A stretch of DNA of 64,000 nucleotides from the human T2T-CHM13v2.0 reference genome, Homo sapiens. The stretch lies in the NCBI RefSeq assembly GCF_009914755.1, contig NC_060942.1, one strand, 5' to 3'. The notes under the pieces are model-generated. The model was not told where the DNA came from. It saw only the letters and a program-made list of their open reading frames with translations, and made no database searches. The translations under genes and the position numbers were made by a program. This document shows, in pieces, positions 35,232 through 46,900 of the stretch (the first letter of the stretch is position 1; the number at the start of each line of letters is the position of its first letter).

Positions 35232-37941
35232 CTAAAGGAGTAGAACCTTTCTTTTCATAGAGAAGTTTTGAAACGCTCTTTTTGTGGAATCTGCAAGTGG
35301 ATATTTGGCTAGTTTTGAGGATTTCGTTGGAAGCGGGAATTCATACAAATTGCAGACTGCAGCGTTCTGAGAAACATCTTTGTGATGTTTGTATTCAGGA
35401 CACAGAGTTGAACATTCCCTATCATAGAGCAGGTTTGAATCACTCCTTTTGTAGTATCTGGAAGTGGACATTTGGAGCGCTTTCAGGCCTATGTTGGAAA
35501 AGGAAATATCTTCCCATAACAACTAGACAGAAGCATTCTCAGAAACTTATTTGAGATGTGTGTACTCAACTAAGAGAATTGAACCACCGTTTTGAAGGAG
35601 CAGTTTTGAAACTCTCTTTTTCTGGAATCTGCAAGTGGATATTTGGCTAGCTTTGGGGATTTCGCTGGAAGCGGGAATACATATAAAAAGCACACAGCAG
35701 CGTTCTGAGAAACTGCTTTCTGATGTTTGCATTCAAGTCAAAAGTTGAACACTCCCTTTCATAGAGCAGTCTTGAAACACCCCTTTTGTAGTATCTGGAA
35801 CTGGACTTTTGGAGCGATTTCAGGGCTAAGGTGAAAAAGGAAATATCTTCCCATAAAAACTGGACAGAAGCATTCTCAGAAACTTGTTTATGCTGTATCT
35901 ACTCAACTAACAAAGTTGAACCTTTCTTTTGATAGAGCAGTTTTGAAATGGTCTTTTTGTGGAATCTGCAAGTGGATATTTGGCTAGTTTTGAGGATTTC
36001 GTTGGAAGCGGGAATTCATACAAATTGCAGACTGCAGCGTTCTGAGAAACATCTTTGTGATGTTTGTATTCAGGACACAGAGTTGAACATTCCCTATCAT
36101 AGAGCAGGTTGGAATCACTCCTTTTGTAGTATCTGGAAGTGGACATTTGGAGCGCTTTCAGGCCTATGTTGGAAAAGGAAATATCTTCCCATAACAACTA
36201 GACAGAAGCATTCTCAGAAACTTATTTGAGATGTGTGTACTCAACTAAGAGAATTGAACCACCGTTTTGAAGGAGCAGTTTTGAAACTCTCTTTTTCTGG
36301 AATCTGCAAGTGGATATTTGGCTAGCTTTGGGGATTTCGCTGGAAGCGGGAATACATATAAAAAGCACACAGCAGCGTTCTGAGAAACTGCTTTCTGATG
36401 TTTGCATTCAAGTCAAAAGTTGAACACTCCCTTTCATAGAGCAGTCTTGAAACACCCGTTTTGTAGTATCTGGAACTGGACTTTTGGAGCGATTTCAGGG
36501 CTAAGGTGAAAAAGGAAATATCTTCCCATAAAAACTGGACAGAAGCATTCTCAGAAACTTGTTTATGCTGTAACTACTCAACTAACAAAGTTGAACCTTT
36601 CTTTTGATAGAGCAGTTTTGAAATGGTCTTTTTGTGGAATCTGCAAGTGGATATTTGGCTAGTTTTGAGGATTTCGTTGGAAGCGGGAATTCATACAAAT
36701 TGCAGACTGCAGCGTTCTGAGAAACATCTTTGTGATGTTTGTATTCAGGACACAGAGTTGAACATTCCCTATCATAGAGCAGGTTGGAATCACTCCTTTT
36801 GTAGTATCTGGAAGTGGACATTTGGAGCGCTTTCAGGCCTATTTTGGAAAGGGAAATATCTTCCCGTAACAACTATGCAGAAGCATTCTCAGAAACTTGT
36901 TTGTGATGTGTGCCCTCTACTGACAGAGTTGAACCTTTCTTTTCATAGAGCAGTTTTGAAACACTCTTTTTGTAGAATCTGCAAGAGGATATTTGCATAG
37001 CTTTGAGGATTTCGTGGGAAACGGGATTGTCTTCAGGTAAAATCTAGACAGAAGCATTCTCAGAAACTTCTTTGGGATGTTTGCATTCAAGTCACAGAGT
37101 AGAACATTCCCTTTGGTAGAGCAGGTTTGAAACACTCTTTTTGTAGTATCTGGAAGTGGACATTTGGAGCGCTTTCAGGCCCATGTTGGAAAGGGAAATA
37201 TCTTCCCGTAACAACTAGGCAGAAGCATTCTCAGAAACTTATTTGAGATGTGTGTACTCAACTAAGAGAATTGAACCACCGTTTTGAAGGAGCAGTTTTG
37301 AAACACTCTTTTTCTGGAATCTGCAAGAGTATATTTGCCTAGCCTTGAGGATTTCGTTGGAAACGGGATTGTCTTCAGAGAAAATCTAGACAGAAGCATT
37401 CTCAGAAACTTCTTTGGGATGTTTGCATTCAAGTCACAGAGTAGAACATTCCCTTTGGTAGAGCAGGTTTGAAACACTCTTTTTTTAGTATCTGGAAGTG
37501 GACATTTGGAGCGCTTTCAGGCCTACGTTGGAAAAGGAAATATCTTCCCATAACAACTAGACAGAAGCATTCTCAGAAACTAGTTTCTGATGTGTGTCCT
37601 CAACTAACACAGTTGAACATTTCTTTAGACAGAACAGTTTTGAAACACTCTTTTTGTGGAATCTGCAAGTGGCTATTTGGCTAGATTTGAGGATTTCGTT
37701 GGAAACGGGATTACATATAAAAAGCAGTCAGCAGCATTCTCAGAAAGTTCTTTGTGATGATTGCATTCAAGTCACAGAATTGAACATTCCCTTTCACAGA
37801 GCAGGTTTGAAACACTCTTTTTGTAGTGTGTGTAAGTGGACATTTGGAGCACTTACCGGCCTAAGGTGAAAAAGGAAATATCTTCCCATAAAAACTAGAC
37901 AGAAGCATTCTCAGAAACTTACTCGTGATGTGTGTCCTCAA
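35232..37941 (+). repeat. 16-mer HOR variant (2710 bp = 2035 + 675)
   Basis: The 4-mer is duplicated: MQTSESS ORFs at 35547 and 36222, KRKVQLC ORFs at 35907 and 36582. Confidence 0.95.
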
Positions 37942-40900
37942 CTAAAGGAGTAGAACCTTTCTTTTCATAGAGAAGTTTTGAAACGCTCTTTTTGTGGAAT
38001 CTGCAAGTGGATATTTGGCTAGTTTTGAGGATTTCGTTGGAAGCGGGAATTCATACAAATTGCAGACTGCAGCGTTCTGAGAAACATCTTTGTGATGTTT
38101 GTATTCAGGACACAGAGTTGAACATTCCCTATCATAGAGCAGGTTTGAATCACTCCTTTTGTAGTATCTGGAAGTGGACATTTGGAGCGTTTTCAGGCCT
38201 ATGTTGGAAAAGGAAATATCTTCCCATAACAACTAGACAGAAGCATTCTCAGAAACTTATTTGAGATGTGTGTACTCAACTAAGAGAATTGAACCACCGT
38301 TTTGAAGGAGCAGTTTTGAAACTCTCTTTTTCTGGAATCTGCAAGTGGATATTTGGCTAGCTTTGGGGATTTCGCTGGAAGCGGGAATACATATAAAAAG
38401 CACACAGCAGCGTTCTGAGAAACTGCTTTCTGATGTTTGCATTCAAGTCAAAAGTTGAACACTCCCTTTCATAGAGCAGTCTTGAAACACCCCTTTTGTA
38501 GTATCTGGAACTGGACTTTTGGAGCGATTTCAGGGCTAAGGTGAAAAAGGAAATATCTTCCCATAAAAACTGGACAGAAGCATTCTCAGAAACTTGGTTA
38601 TGCTGTATCTACTCAACTAACAAAGTTGAACCTTTCTTTTGATAGAGCAGTTTTGAAATGGTCTTTTTGTGGAATCTGCAAGTGGATATTTGGCTAGTTT
38701 TGAGGATTTCGTTGGAAGCGGGAATTCATACAAATTGCAGACTGCAGCGTTCTGAGAAACATCTTTGTGATGTTTGTATTCAGGACACAGAGTTGAACAT
38801 TCCCTATCATAGAGCAGGTTGGAATCACTCCTTTTGTAGTATCTGGAAGTGGACATTTGGAGCGCTTTCAGGCCTATTTTGGAAAGGGAAATATCTTCCC
38901 GTAACAACTATGCAGAAGCATTCTCAGAAACTTGTTTGTGATGTGTGCCCTCTACTGACAGAGTTGAACCTTTCTTTTCATAGAGCAGTTTTGAAACACT
39001 CTTTTTGTAGAATCTGCAAGAGGATATTTGCATAGCTTTGAGGATTTCGTGGGAAACGGGATTGTCTTCAGGTAAAATCTAGACAGAAGCATTCTCAGAA
39101 ACTTCTTTGGGATGTTTGCATTCAAGTCACAGAGTAGAACATTCCCTTTGGTAGAGCAGGTTTGAAACACTCTTTTTGTAGTATCTGGAAGTGGACATTT
39201 GGAGCGCTTTCAGGCCCATGTTGGAAAGGGAAATATCTTCCCGTAACAACTAGGCAGAAGCATTCTCAGAAACTTATTTGAGATGTGTGTACTCAACTAA
39301 GAGAATTGAACCACCGTTTTGAAGGAGCAGTTTTGAAACACTCTTTTTCTGGAATCTGCAAGAGTATATTTGCCTAGCCTTGAGGATTTCGTTGGAAACG
39401 GGATTGTCTTCAGAGAAAATCTAGACAGAAGCATTCTCAGAAACTTCTTTGGGATGTTTGCATTCAAGTCACAGAGTAGAACATTCCCTTTGGTAGAGCA
39501 GGTTTGAAACACTCTTTTTTTAGTATATGGAAGTGGACATTTGGAGCGCTTTCAGGCCTACGTTGGAAAAGGAAATATCTTCCCATAACAACTAGACAGA
39601 AGCATTCTCAGAAACTAGTTTCTGATGTGTGTCCTCAACTAACACAGTTGAACATTTCTTTAGACAGAACAGTTTTGAAACACTCTTTTTGTGGAATCTG
39701 CAAGTGGCTATTTGGCTAGATTTGAGGATTTCGTTGGAAACGGGATTACATATAAAAAGCAGTCAGCAGCATTCTCAGAAAGTTCTTTGTGATGATTGCA
39801 TTCAAGTCACAGAATTGAACATTCCCTTTCACAGAGCAGGTTTGAAACACTCTTTTTGTAGTGTGTGTAAGTGGACATTTGGAGCACTTACCGGCCTAAG
39901 GTGAAAAAGGAAATATCTTCCCATAAAAACTAGACAGAAGCATTCTCAGAAACTTACTCGTGATGTGTGTCCTCAACTAAAGGAGTAGAACCTTTCTTTT
40001 CATAGAGAAGTTTTGAAACGCTCTTTTTGTGGAATCTGCAAGTGGATATTTGGCTAGTTTTGAGGATTTCGTTGGAAGCGGGAATTCATACAAATTGCAG
40101 ACTGCAGCGTTCTGAGAAACATCTTTGTGATGTTTGTATTCAGGACACAGAGTTGAACATTCCCTATCATAGAGCAGGTTTGAATCACTCCTTTTGTAGT
40201 ATCTGGAAGTGGACATTTGGAGCGCTTTCAGGCCTATGTTGGAAAAGGAAATATCTTCCCATAACAACTAGACAGAAGCATTCTCAGAAACTTATTTGAG
40301 ATGTGTGTACTCAACTAAGAGAATTGAACCACCGTTTTGAAGGAGCAGTTTTGAAACTCTCTTTTTCTGGAATCTGCAAGTGGATATTTGGCTAGCTTTG
40401 GGGATTTCGCTGGAAGCGGGAATACATATAAAAAGCACACAGCAGCGTTCTGAGAAACTGCTTTCTGATGTTTGCATTCAAGTCAAAAGTTGAACACTCC
40501 CTTTCATAGAGCAGTCTTGAAACACCCCTTTTGTAGTATCTGGAACTGGACTTTTGGAGCGATTTCAGGGCTAAGGTGAAAAAGGAAATATCTTCCCATA
40601 AAAACTGGACAGAAGCATTCTCAGAAACTTGGTTATGCTGTATCTACTCAACTAACAAAGTTGAACCTTTCTTTTGATAGAGCAGTTTTGAAATGGTCTT
40701 TTTGTGGAATCTGCAAGTGGATATTTGGCTAGTTTTGAGGATTTCGTTGGAAGCGGGAATTCATACAAATTGCAGACTGCAGCGTTCTGAGAAACATCTT
40801 TGTGATGTTTGTATTCAGGACACAGAGTTGAACATTCCCTATCATAGAGCAGGTTGGAATCACTCCTTTTGTAGTATCTGGAAGTGGACATTTGGAGCGC

Positions 40901-43900
40901 TTTCAGGCCTATTTTGGAAAGGGAAATATCTTCCCGTAACAACTATGCAGAAGCATTCTCAGAAACTTGTTTGTGATGTGTGCCCTCTACTGACAGAGTT
41001 GAACCTTTCTTTTCATAGAGCAGTTTTGAAACACTCTTTTTGTAGAATCTGCAAGAGGATATTTGCATAGCTTTGAGGATTTCGTGGGAAACGGGATTGT
41101 CTTCAGGTAAAATCTAGACAGAAGCATTCTCAGAAACTTCTTTGGGATGTTTGCATTCAAGTCACAGAGTAGAACATTCCCTTTGGTAGAGCAGGTTTGA
41201 AACACTCTTTTTGTAGTATCTGGAAGTGGACATTTGGAGCGCTTTCAGGCCCATGTTGGAAAGGGAAATATCTTCCCGTAACAACTAGGCAGAAGCATTC
41301 TCAGAAACTTATTTGAGATGTGTGTACTCAACTAAGAGAATTGAACCACCGTTTTGAAGGAGCAGTTTTGAAACACTCTTTTTCTGGAATCTGCAAGAGT
41401 ATATTTGCCTAGCCTTGAGGATTTCGTTGGAAACGGGATTGTCTTCAGAGAAAATCTAGACAGAAGCATTCTCAGAAACTTCTTTGGGATGTTTGCATTC
41501 AAGTCACAGAGTAGAACATTCCCTTTGGTAGAGCAGGTTTGAAACACTCTTTTTTTAGTATATGGAAGTGGACATTTGGAGCGCTTTCAGGCCTACGTTG
41601 GAAAAGGAAATATCTTCCCATAACAACTAGACAGAAGCATTCTCAGAAACTAGTTTCTGATGTGTGTCCTCAACTAACACAGTTGAACATTTCTTTAGAC
41701 AGAACAGTTTTGAAACACTCTTTTTGTGGAATCTGCAAGTGGCTATTTGGCTAGATTTGAGGATTTCGTTGGAAACGGGATTACATATAAAAAGCAGTCA
41801 GCAGCATTCTCAGAAAGTTCTTTGTGATGATTGCATTCAAGTCACAGAATTGAACATTCCCTTTCACAGAGCAGGTTTGAAACACTCTTTTTGTAGTGTG
41901 TGTAAGTGGACATTTGGAGCACTTACCGGCCTAAGGTGAAAAAGGAAATATCTTCCCATAAAAACTAGACAGAAGCATTCTCAGAAACTTACTCGTGATG
42001 TGTGTCCTCAACTAAAGGAGTAGAACCTTTCTTTTCATAGAGAAGTTTTGAAACGCTCTTTTTGTGGAATCTGCAAGTGGATATTTGGCTAGTTTTGAGG
42101 ATTTCGTTGGAAGCGGGAATTCATACAAATTGCAGACTGCAGCGTTCTGAGAAACATCTTTGTGATGTTTGTATTCAGGACACAGAGTTGAACATTCCCT
42201 ATCATAGAGCAGGTTTGAATCACTCCTTTTGTAGTATCTGGAAGTGGACATTTGGAGCGCTTTCAGGCCTATGTTGGAAAAGGAAATATCTTCCCATAAC
42301 AACTAGACAGAAGCATTCTCAGAAACTTATTTGAGATGTGTGTACTCAACTAAGAGAATTGAACCACCGTTTTGAAGGAGCAGTTTTGAAACTCTCTTTT
42401 TCTGGAATCTGCAAGTGGATATTTGGCTAGCTTTGGGGATTTCGCTGGAAGCGGGAATACATATAAAAAGCACACAGCAGCGTTCTGAGAAACTGCTTTC
42501 TGATGTTTGCATTCAAGTCAAAAGTTGAACACTCCCTTTCATAGAGCAGTCTTGAAACACCCCTTTTGTAGTATCTGGAACTGGACTTTTGGAGCGATTT
42601 CAGGGCTAAGGTGAAAAAGGAAATATCTTCCCATAAAAACTGGACAGAAGCATTCTCAGAAACTTGGTTATGCTGTATCTACTCAACTAACAAAGTTGAA
42701 CCTTTCTTTTGATAGAGCAGTTTTGAAATGGTCTTTTTGTGGAATCTGCAAGTGGATATTTGGCTAGTTTTGAGGATTTCGTTGGAAGCGGGAATTCATA
42801 CAAATTGCAGACTGCAGCGTTCTGAGAAACATCTTTGTGATGTTTGTATTCAGGACACAGAGTTGAACATTCCCTATCATAGAGCAGGTTGGAATCACTC
42901 CTTTTGTAGTATCTGGAAGTGGACATTTGGAGCGCTTTCAGGCCTATTTTGGAAAGGGAAATATCTTCCCGTAACAACTATGCAGAAGCATTCTCAGAAA
43001 CTTGTTTGTGATGTGTGCCCTCTACTGACAGAGTTGAACCTTTCTTTTCATAGAGCAGTTTTGAAACACTCTTTTTGTAGAATCTGCAAGAGGATATTTG
43101 CATAGCTTTGAGGATTTCGTGGGAAACGGGATTGTCTTCAGGTAAAATCTAGACAGAAGCATTCTCAGAAACTTCTTTGGGATGTTTGCATTCAAGTCAC
43201 AGACTAGAACATTCCCTTTGGTAGAGCAGGTTTGAAACACTCTTTTTGTAGTATCTGGAAGTGGACATTTGGAGCGCTTTCAGGCCCATGTTGGAAAGGG
43301 AAATATCTTCCCGTAACAACTAGGCAGAAGCATTCTCAGAAACTTATTTGAGATGTGTGTACTCAACTAAGAGAATTGAACCACCGTTTTGAAGGAGCAG
43401 TTTTGAAACACTCTTTTTCTGGAATCTGCAAGAGTATATTTGCCTAGCCTTGAGGATTTCGTTGGAAACGGGATTGTCTTCAGAGAAAATCTAGACAGAA
43501 GCATTCTCAGAAACTTCTTTGGGATGTTTGCATTCAAGTCACAGAGTAGAACATTCCCTTTGGTAGAGCAGGTTTGAAACACTCTTTTTTTAGTATATGG
43601 AAGTGGATATTTGGAGAGCTTTCAGGCCTACGTTGGAAAAGGAAATATCTTCCCATAACAACTAGACAGAAGCATTCTCAGAAACTAGTTTCTGATGTGT
43701 GTCCTCAACTAACACAGTTGAACATTTCTTTAGACAGAACAGTTTTGAAACACTCTTTTTGTGGAATCTGCAAGTGGATATTTGGCTAGATTTGAGGATT
43801 TCGTTGGAAACGGGATTACATATAAAAAGCAGTCAGCAGCATTCTCAGAAAGTTCTTTGTGATGATTGCATTCAAGTCACAGAATTGAACATTCCCTTTC

Positions 43901-46900
43901 ACAGAGCAGGTTTGAAACACTCTTTTTGTAGTGTGTGTAAGTGGACATTTGGAGCACTTACCGGCCTAAGGTGAAAAAGGAAATATCTTCCCATAAAAAC
44001 TAGACAGAAGCATTCTCAGAAACTTACTCGTGATGTGTGTCCTCAACTAAAGGAGTAGAACCTTTCTTTTCATAGAGAAGTTTTGAAACGCTCTTTTTGT
44101 GGAATCTGCAAGTGGATATTTGGCTAGTTTTGAGGATTTCGTTGGAAGCGGGAATTCATACAAATTGCAGACTGCAGCGTTCTGAGAAACATCTTTGTGA
44201 TGTTTGTATTCAGGACACAGAGTTGAACATTCCCTATCATAGAGCAGGTTTGAATCACTCCTTTTGTAGTATCTGGAAGTGGACATTTGGAGTGCTTTCA
44301 GGCCTATGTTGGAAAAGGAAATATCTTCCCATAACAACTAGACAGAAGCATTCTCAGAAACTTATTTGAGATGTGTGTACTCAACTAAGAGAATTGAACC
44401 ACCGTTTTGAAGGAGCAGTTTTGAAACACTCTTTTTCTGGAATCTGCAAGTGGATATTTGGCTAGCTTTGGGGATTTCGCTGGAAGCGGGAATACATATA
44501 AAAAGCACACAGCAGCGTTCTGAGAAACTGCTTTCTGATGTTTGCATTCAAGTCAAAAGTTGAACACTCCCTTTCATAGAGCAGTCTTGAAACACCCCTT
44601 TTGTAGTATCTGGAACTGGACTTTTGGAGCGATTTCAGGGCTAAGGTGAAAAAGGAAATATCTTCCCATAAAAACTGGACAGAAGCATTCTCAGAAACTT
44701 GGTTATGCTGTATCTACTCAACTAACAAAGTTGAACCTTTCTTTTGATAGAGCAGTTTTGAAATGGTCTTTTTGTGGAATCTGCAAGTGGATATTTGGCT
44801 AGTTTTGAGGATTTCGTTGGAAGCGGGAATTCATACAAATTGCAGACTGCAGCGTTCTGAGAAACATCTTTGTGATGTTTGTATTCAGGACACAGAGTTG
44901 AACATTCCCTATCATAGAGCAGGTTGGAATCACTCCTTTTGTAGTATCTGGAAGTGGACATTTGGAGCGCTTTCAGGCCTATTTTGGAAAGGGAAATATC
45001 TTCCCGTAACAACTATGCAGAAGCATTCTCAGAAACTTGTTTGTGATGTGTGCCCTCTACTGACAGAGTTGAACCTTTCTTTTCATAGAGCAGTTTTGAA
45101 ACACTCTTTTTGTAGAATCTGCAAGAGGATATTTGCATAGCTTTGAGGATTTCGTGGGAAACGGGATTGTCTTCAGGTAAAATCTAGACAGAAGCATTCT
45201 CAGAAACTTCTTTGGGATGTTTGCATTCAAGTCACAGAGTAGAACATTCCCTTTGGTAGAGCAGGTTTGAAACACTCTTTTTGTAGTATCTGGAAGTGGA
45301 CATTTGGAGCGCTTTCAGGCCCATGTTGGAAAGGGAAATATCTTCCCGTAACAACTAGGCAGAAGCATTCTCAGAAACTTATTTGAGATGTGTGTACTCA
45401 ACTAAGAGAATTGAACCACCGTTTTGAAGGAGCAGTTTTGAAACACTCTTTTTCTGGAATCTGCAAGAGTATATTTGCCTAGCCTTGAGGATTTCGTTGG
45501 AAACGGGATTGTCTTCAGAGAAAATCTAGACAGAAGCATTCTCAGAAACTTCTTTGGGATGCTTGCATTCAAGTCACAGAGTAGAACATTCCCTTTGGTA
45601 GAGCAGGTTTGAAACACTCTTTTTGTAGTATCTGGAAGTGGACATTTGGAGCGCTTTCAGGCCTACGTTGGAAAAGGAAATATCTTCCCATAACAACTAG
45701 ACAGAAGCATTCTCAGAAACTAGTTTCTGATGTGTGTCCTCAACTAACACAGTTGAACATTTCTTTAGACAGAACAGTTTTGAAACACTCTTTTTGTGGA
45801 ATCTGCAAGTGGCTATTTGGCTAGATTTGAGGATTTCGTTGGAAACGGGATTACATATAAAAAGCAGTCAGCAGCATTCTCAGAAAGTTCTTTGTGATGA
45901 TTGCATTCAAGTCACAGAATTGAACATTCCCTTTCACAGAGCAGGTTTGAAACACTCTTTTTGTAGTGTGTGTAAGTGGACATTTGGAGCACTTACCGGC
46001 CTAAGGTGAAAAAGGAAATATCTTCCCATAAAAACTAGACAGAAGCATTCTCAGAAACTTACTCGTGATGTGTGTCCTCAACTAAAGGAGTAGAACCTTT
46101 CTTTTCATAGAGAAGTTTTGAAACGCTCTTTTTGTGGAATCTGCAAGTGGATATTTGGCTAGTTTTGAGGATTTCGTTGGAAGCGGGAATTCATACAAAT
46201 TGCAGACTGCAGCGTTCTGAGAAACATCTTTGTGATGTTTGTATTCAGGACACAGAGTTGAACATTCCCTATCATAGAGCAGGTTTGAATCACTCCTTTT
46301 GTAGTATCTGGAAGTGGACATTTGGAGTGCTTTCAGGCCTATGTTGGAAAAGGAAATATCTTCCCATAACAACTAGACAGAAGCATTCTCAGAAACTTAT
46401 TTGAGATGTGTGTACTCAACTAAGAGAATTGAACCACCGTTTTGAAGGAGCAGTTTTGAAACACTCTTTTTCTGGAATCTGCAAGTGGATATTTGGCTAG
46501 CTTTGGGGATTTCGCTGGAAGCGGGAATACATATAAAAAGCACACAGCAGCGTTCTGAGAAACTGCTTTCTGATGTTTGCATTCAAGTCAAAAGTTGAAC
46601 ACTCCCTTTCATAGAGCAGTCTTGAAACACCCCTTTTGTAGTATCTGGAACTGGACTTTTGGAGCGATTTCAGGGCTAAGGTGAAAAAGGAAATATCTTA
46701 CCATAAAAACTGGACAGAAGCATTCTCAGAAACTTGGTTATGCTGTATCTACTCAACTAACAAAGTTGAACCTTTCTTTTGATAGAGCAGTTTTGAAATG
46801 GTCTTTTTGTGGAATCTGCAAGTGGATATTTGGCTAGTTTTGAGGATTTCGTTGGAAGCGGGAATTCATACAAATTGCAGACTGCAGCGTTCTGAGAAAC

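Larger units (their letters stand above)
23731..35435 (+). repeat. Near-perfect 5773-bp tandem duplication (23731-29662 vs 29504-35435)
   Basis: The same HOR variant order and the same rare SNVs recur at +5773 (24443/30216, 25873/31646, 27894/33667, 29200/34973). Confidence 0.92.

Noticed and set aside
12335-43204. Isolated singleton SNVs (T12335, A25580, C43204)
   Set aside because: They are consistent with background point mutation or consensus error and are useful only as mapping markers.
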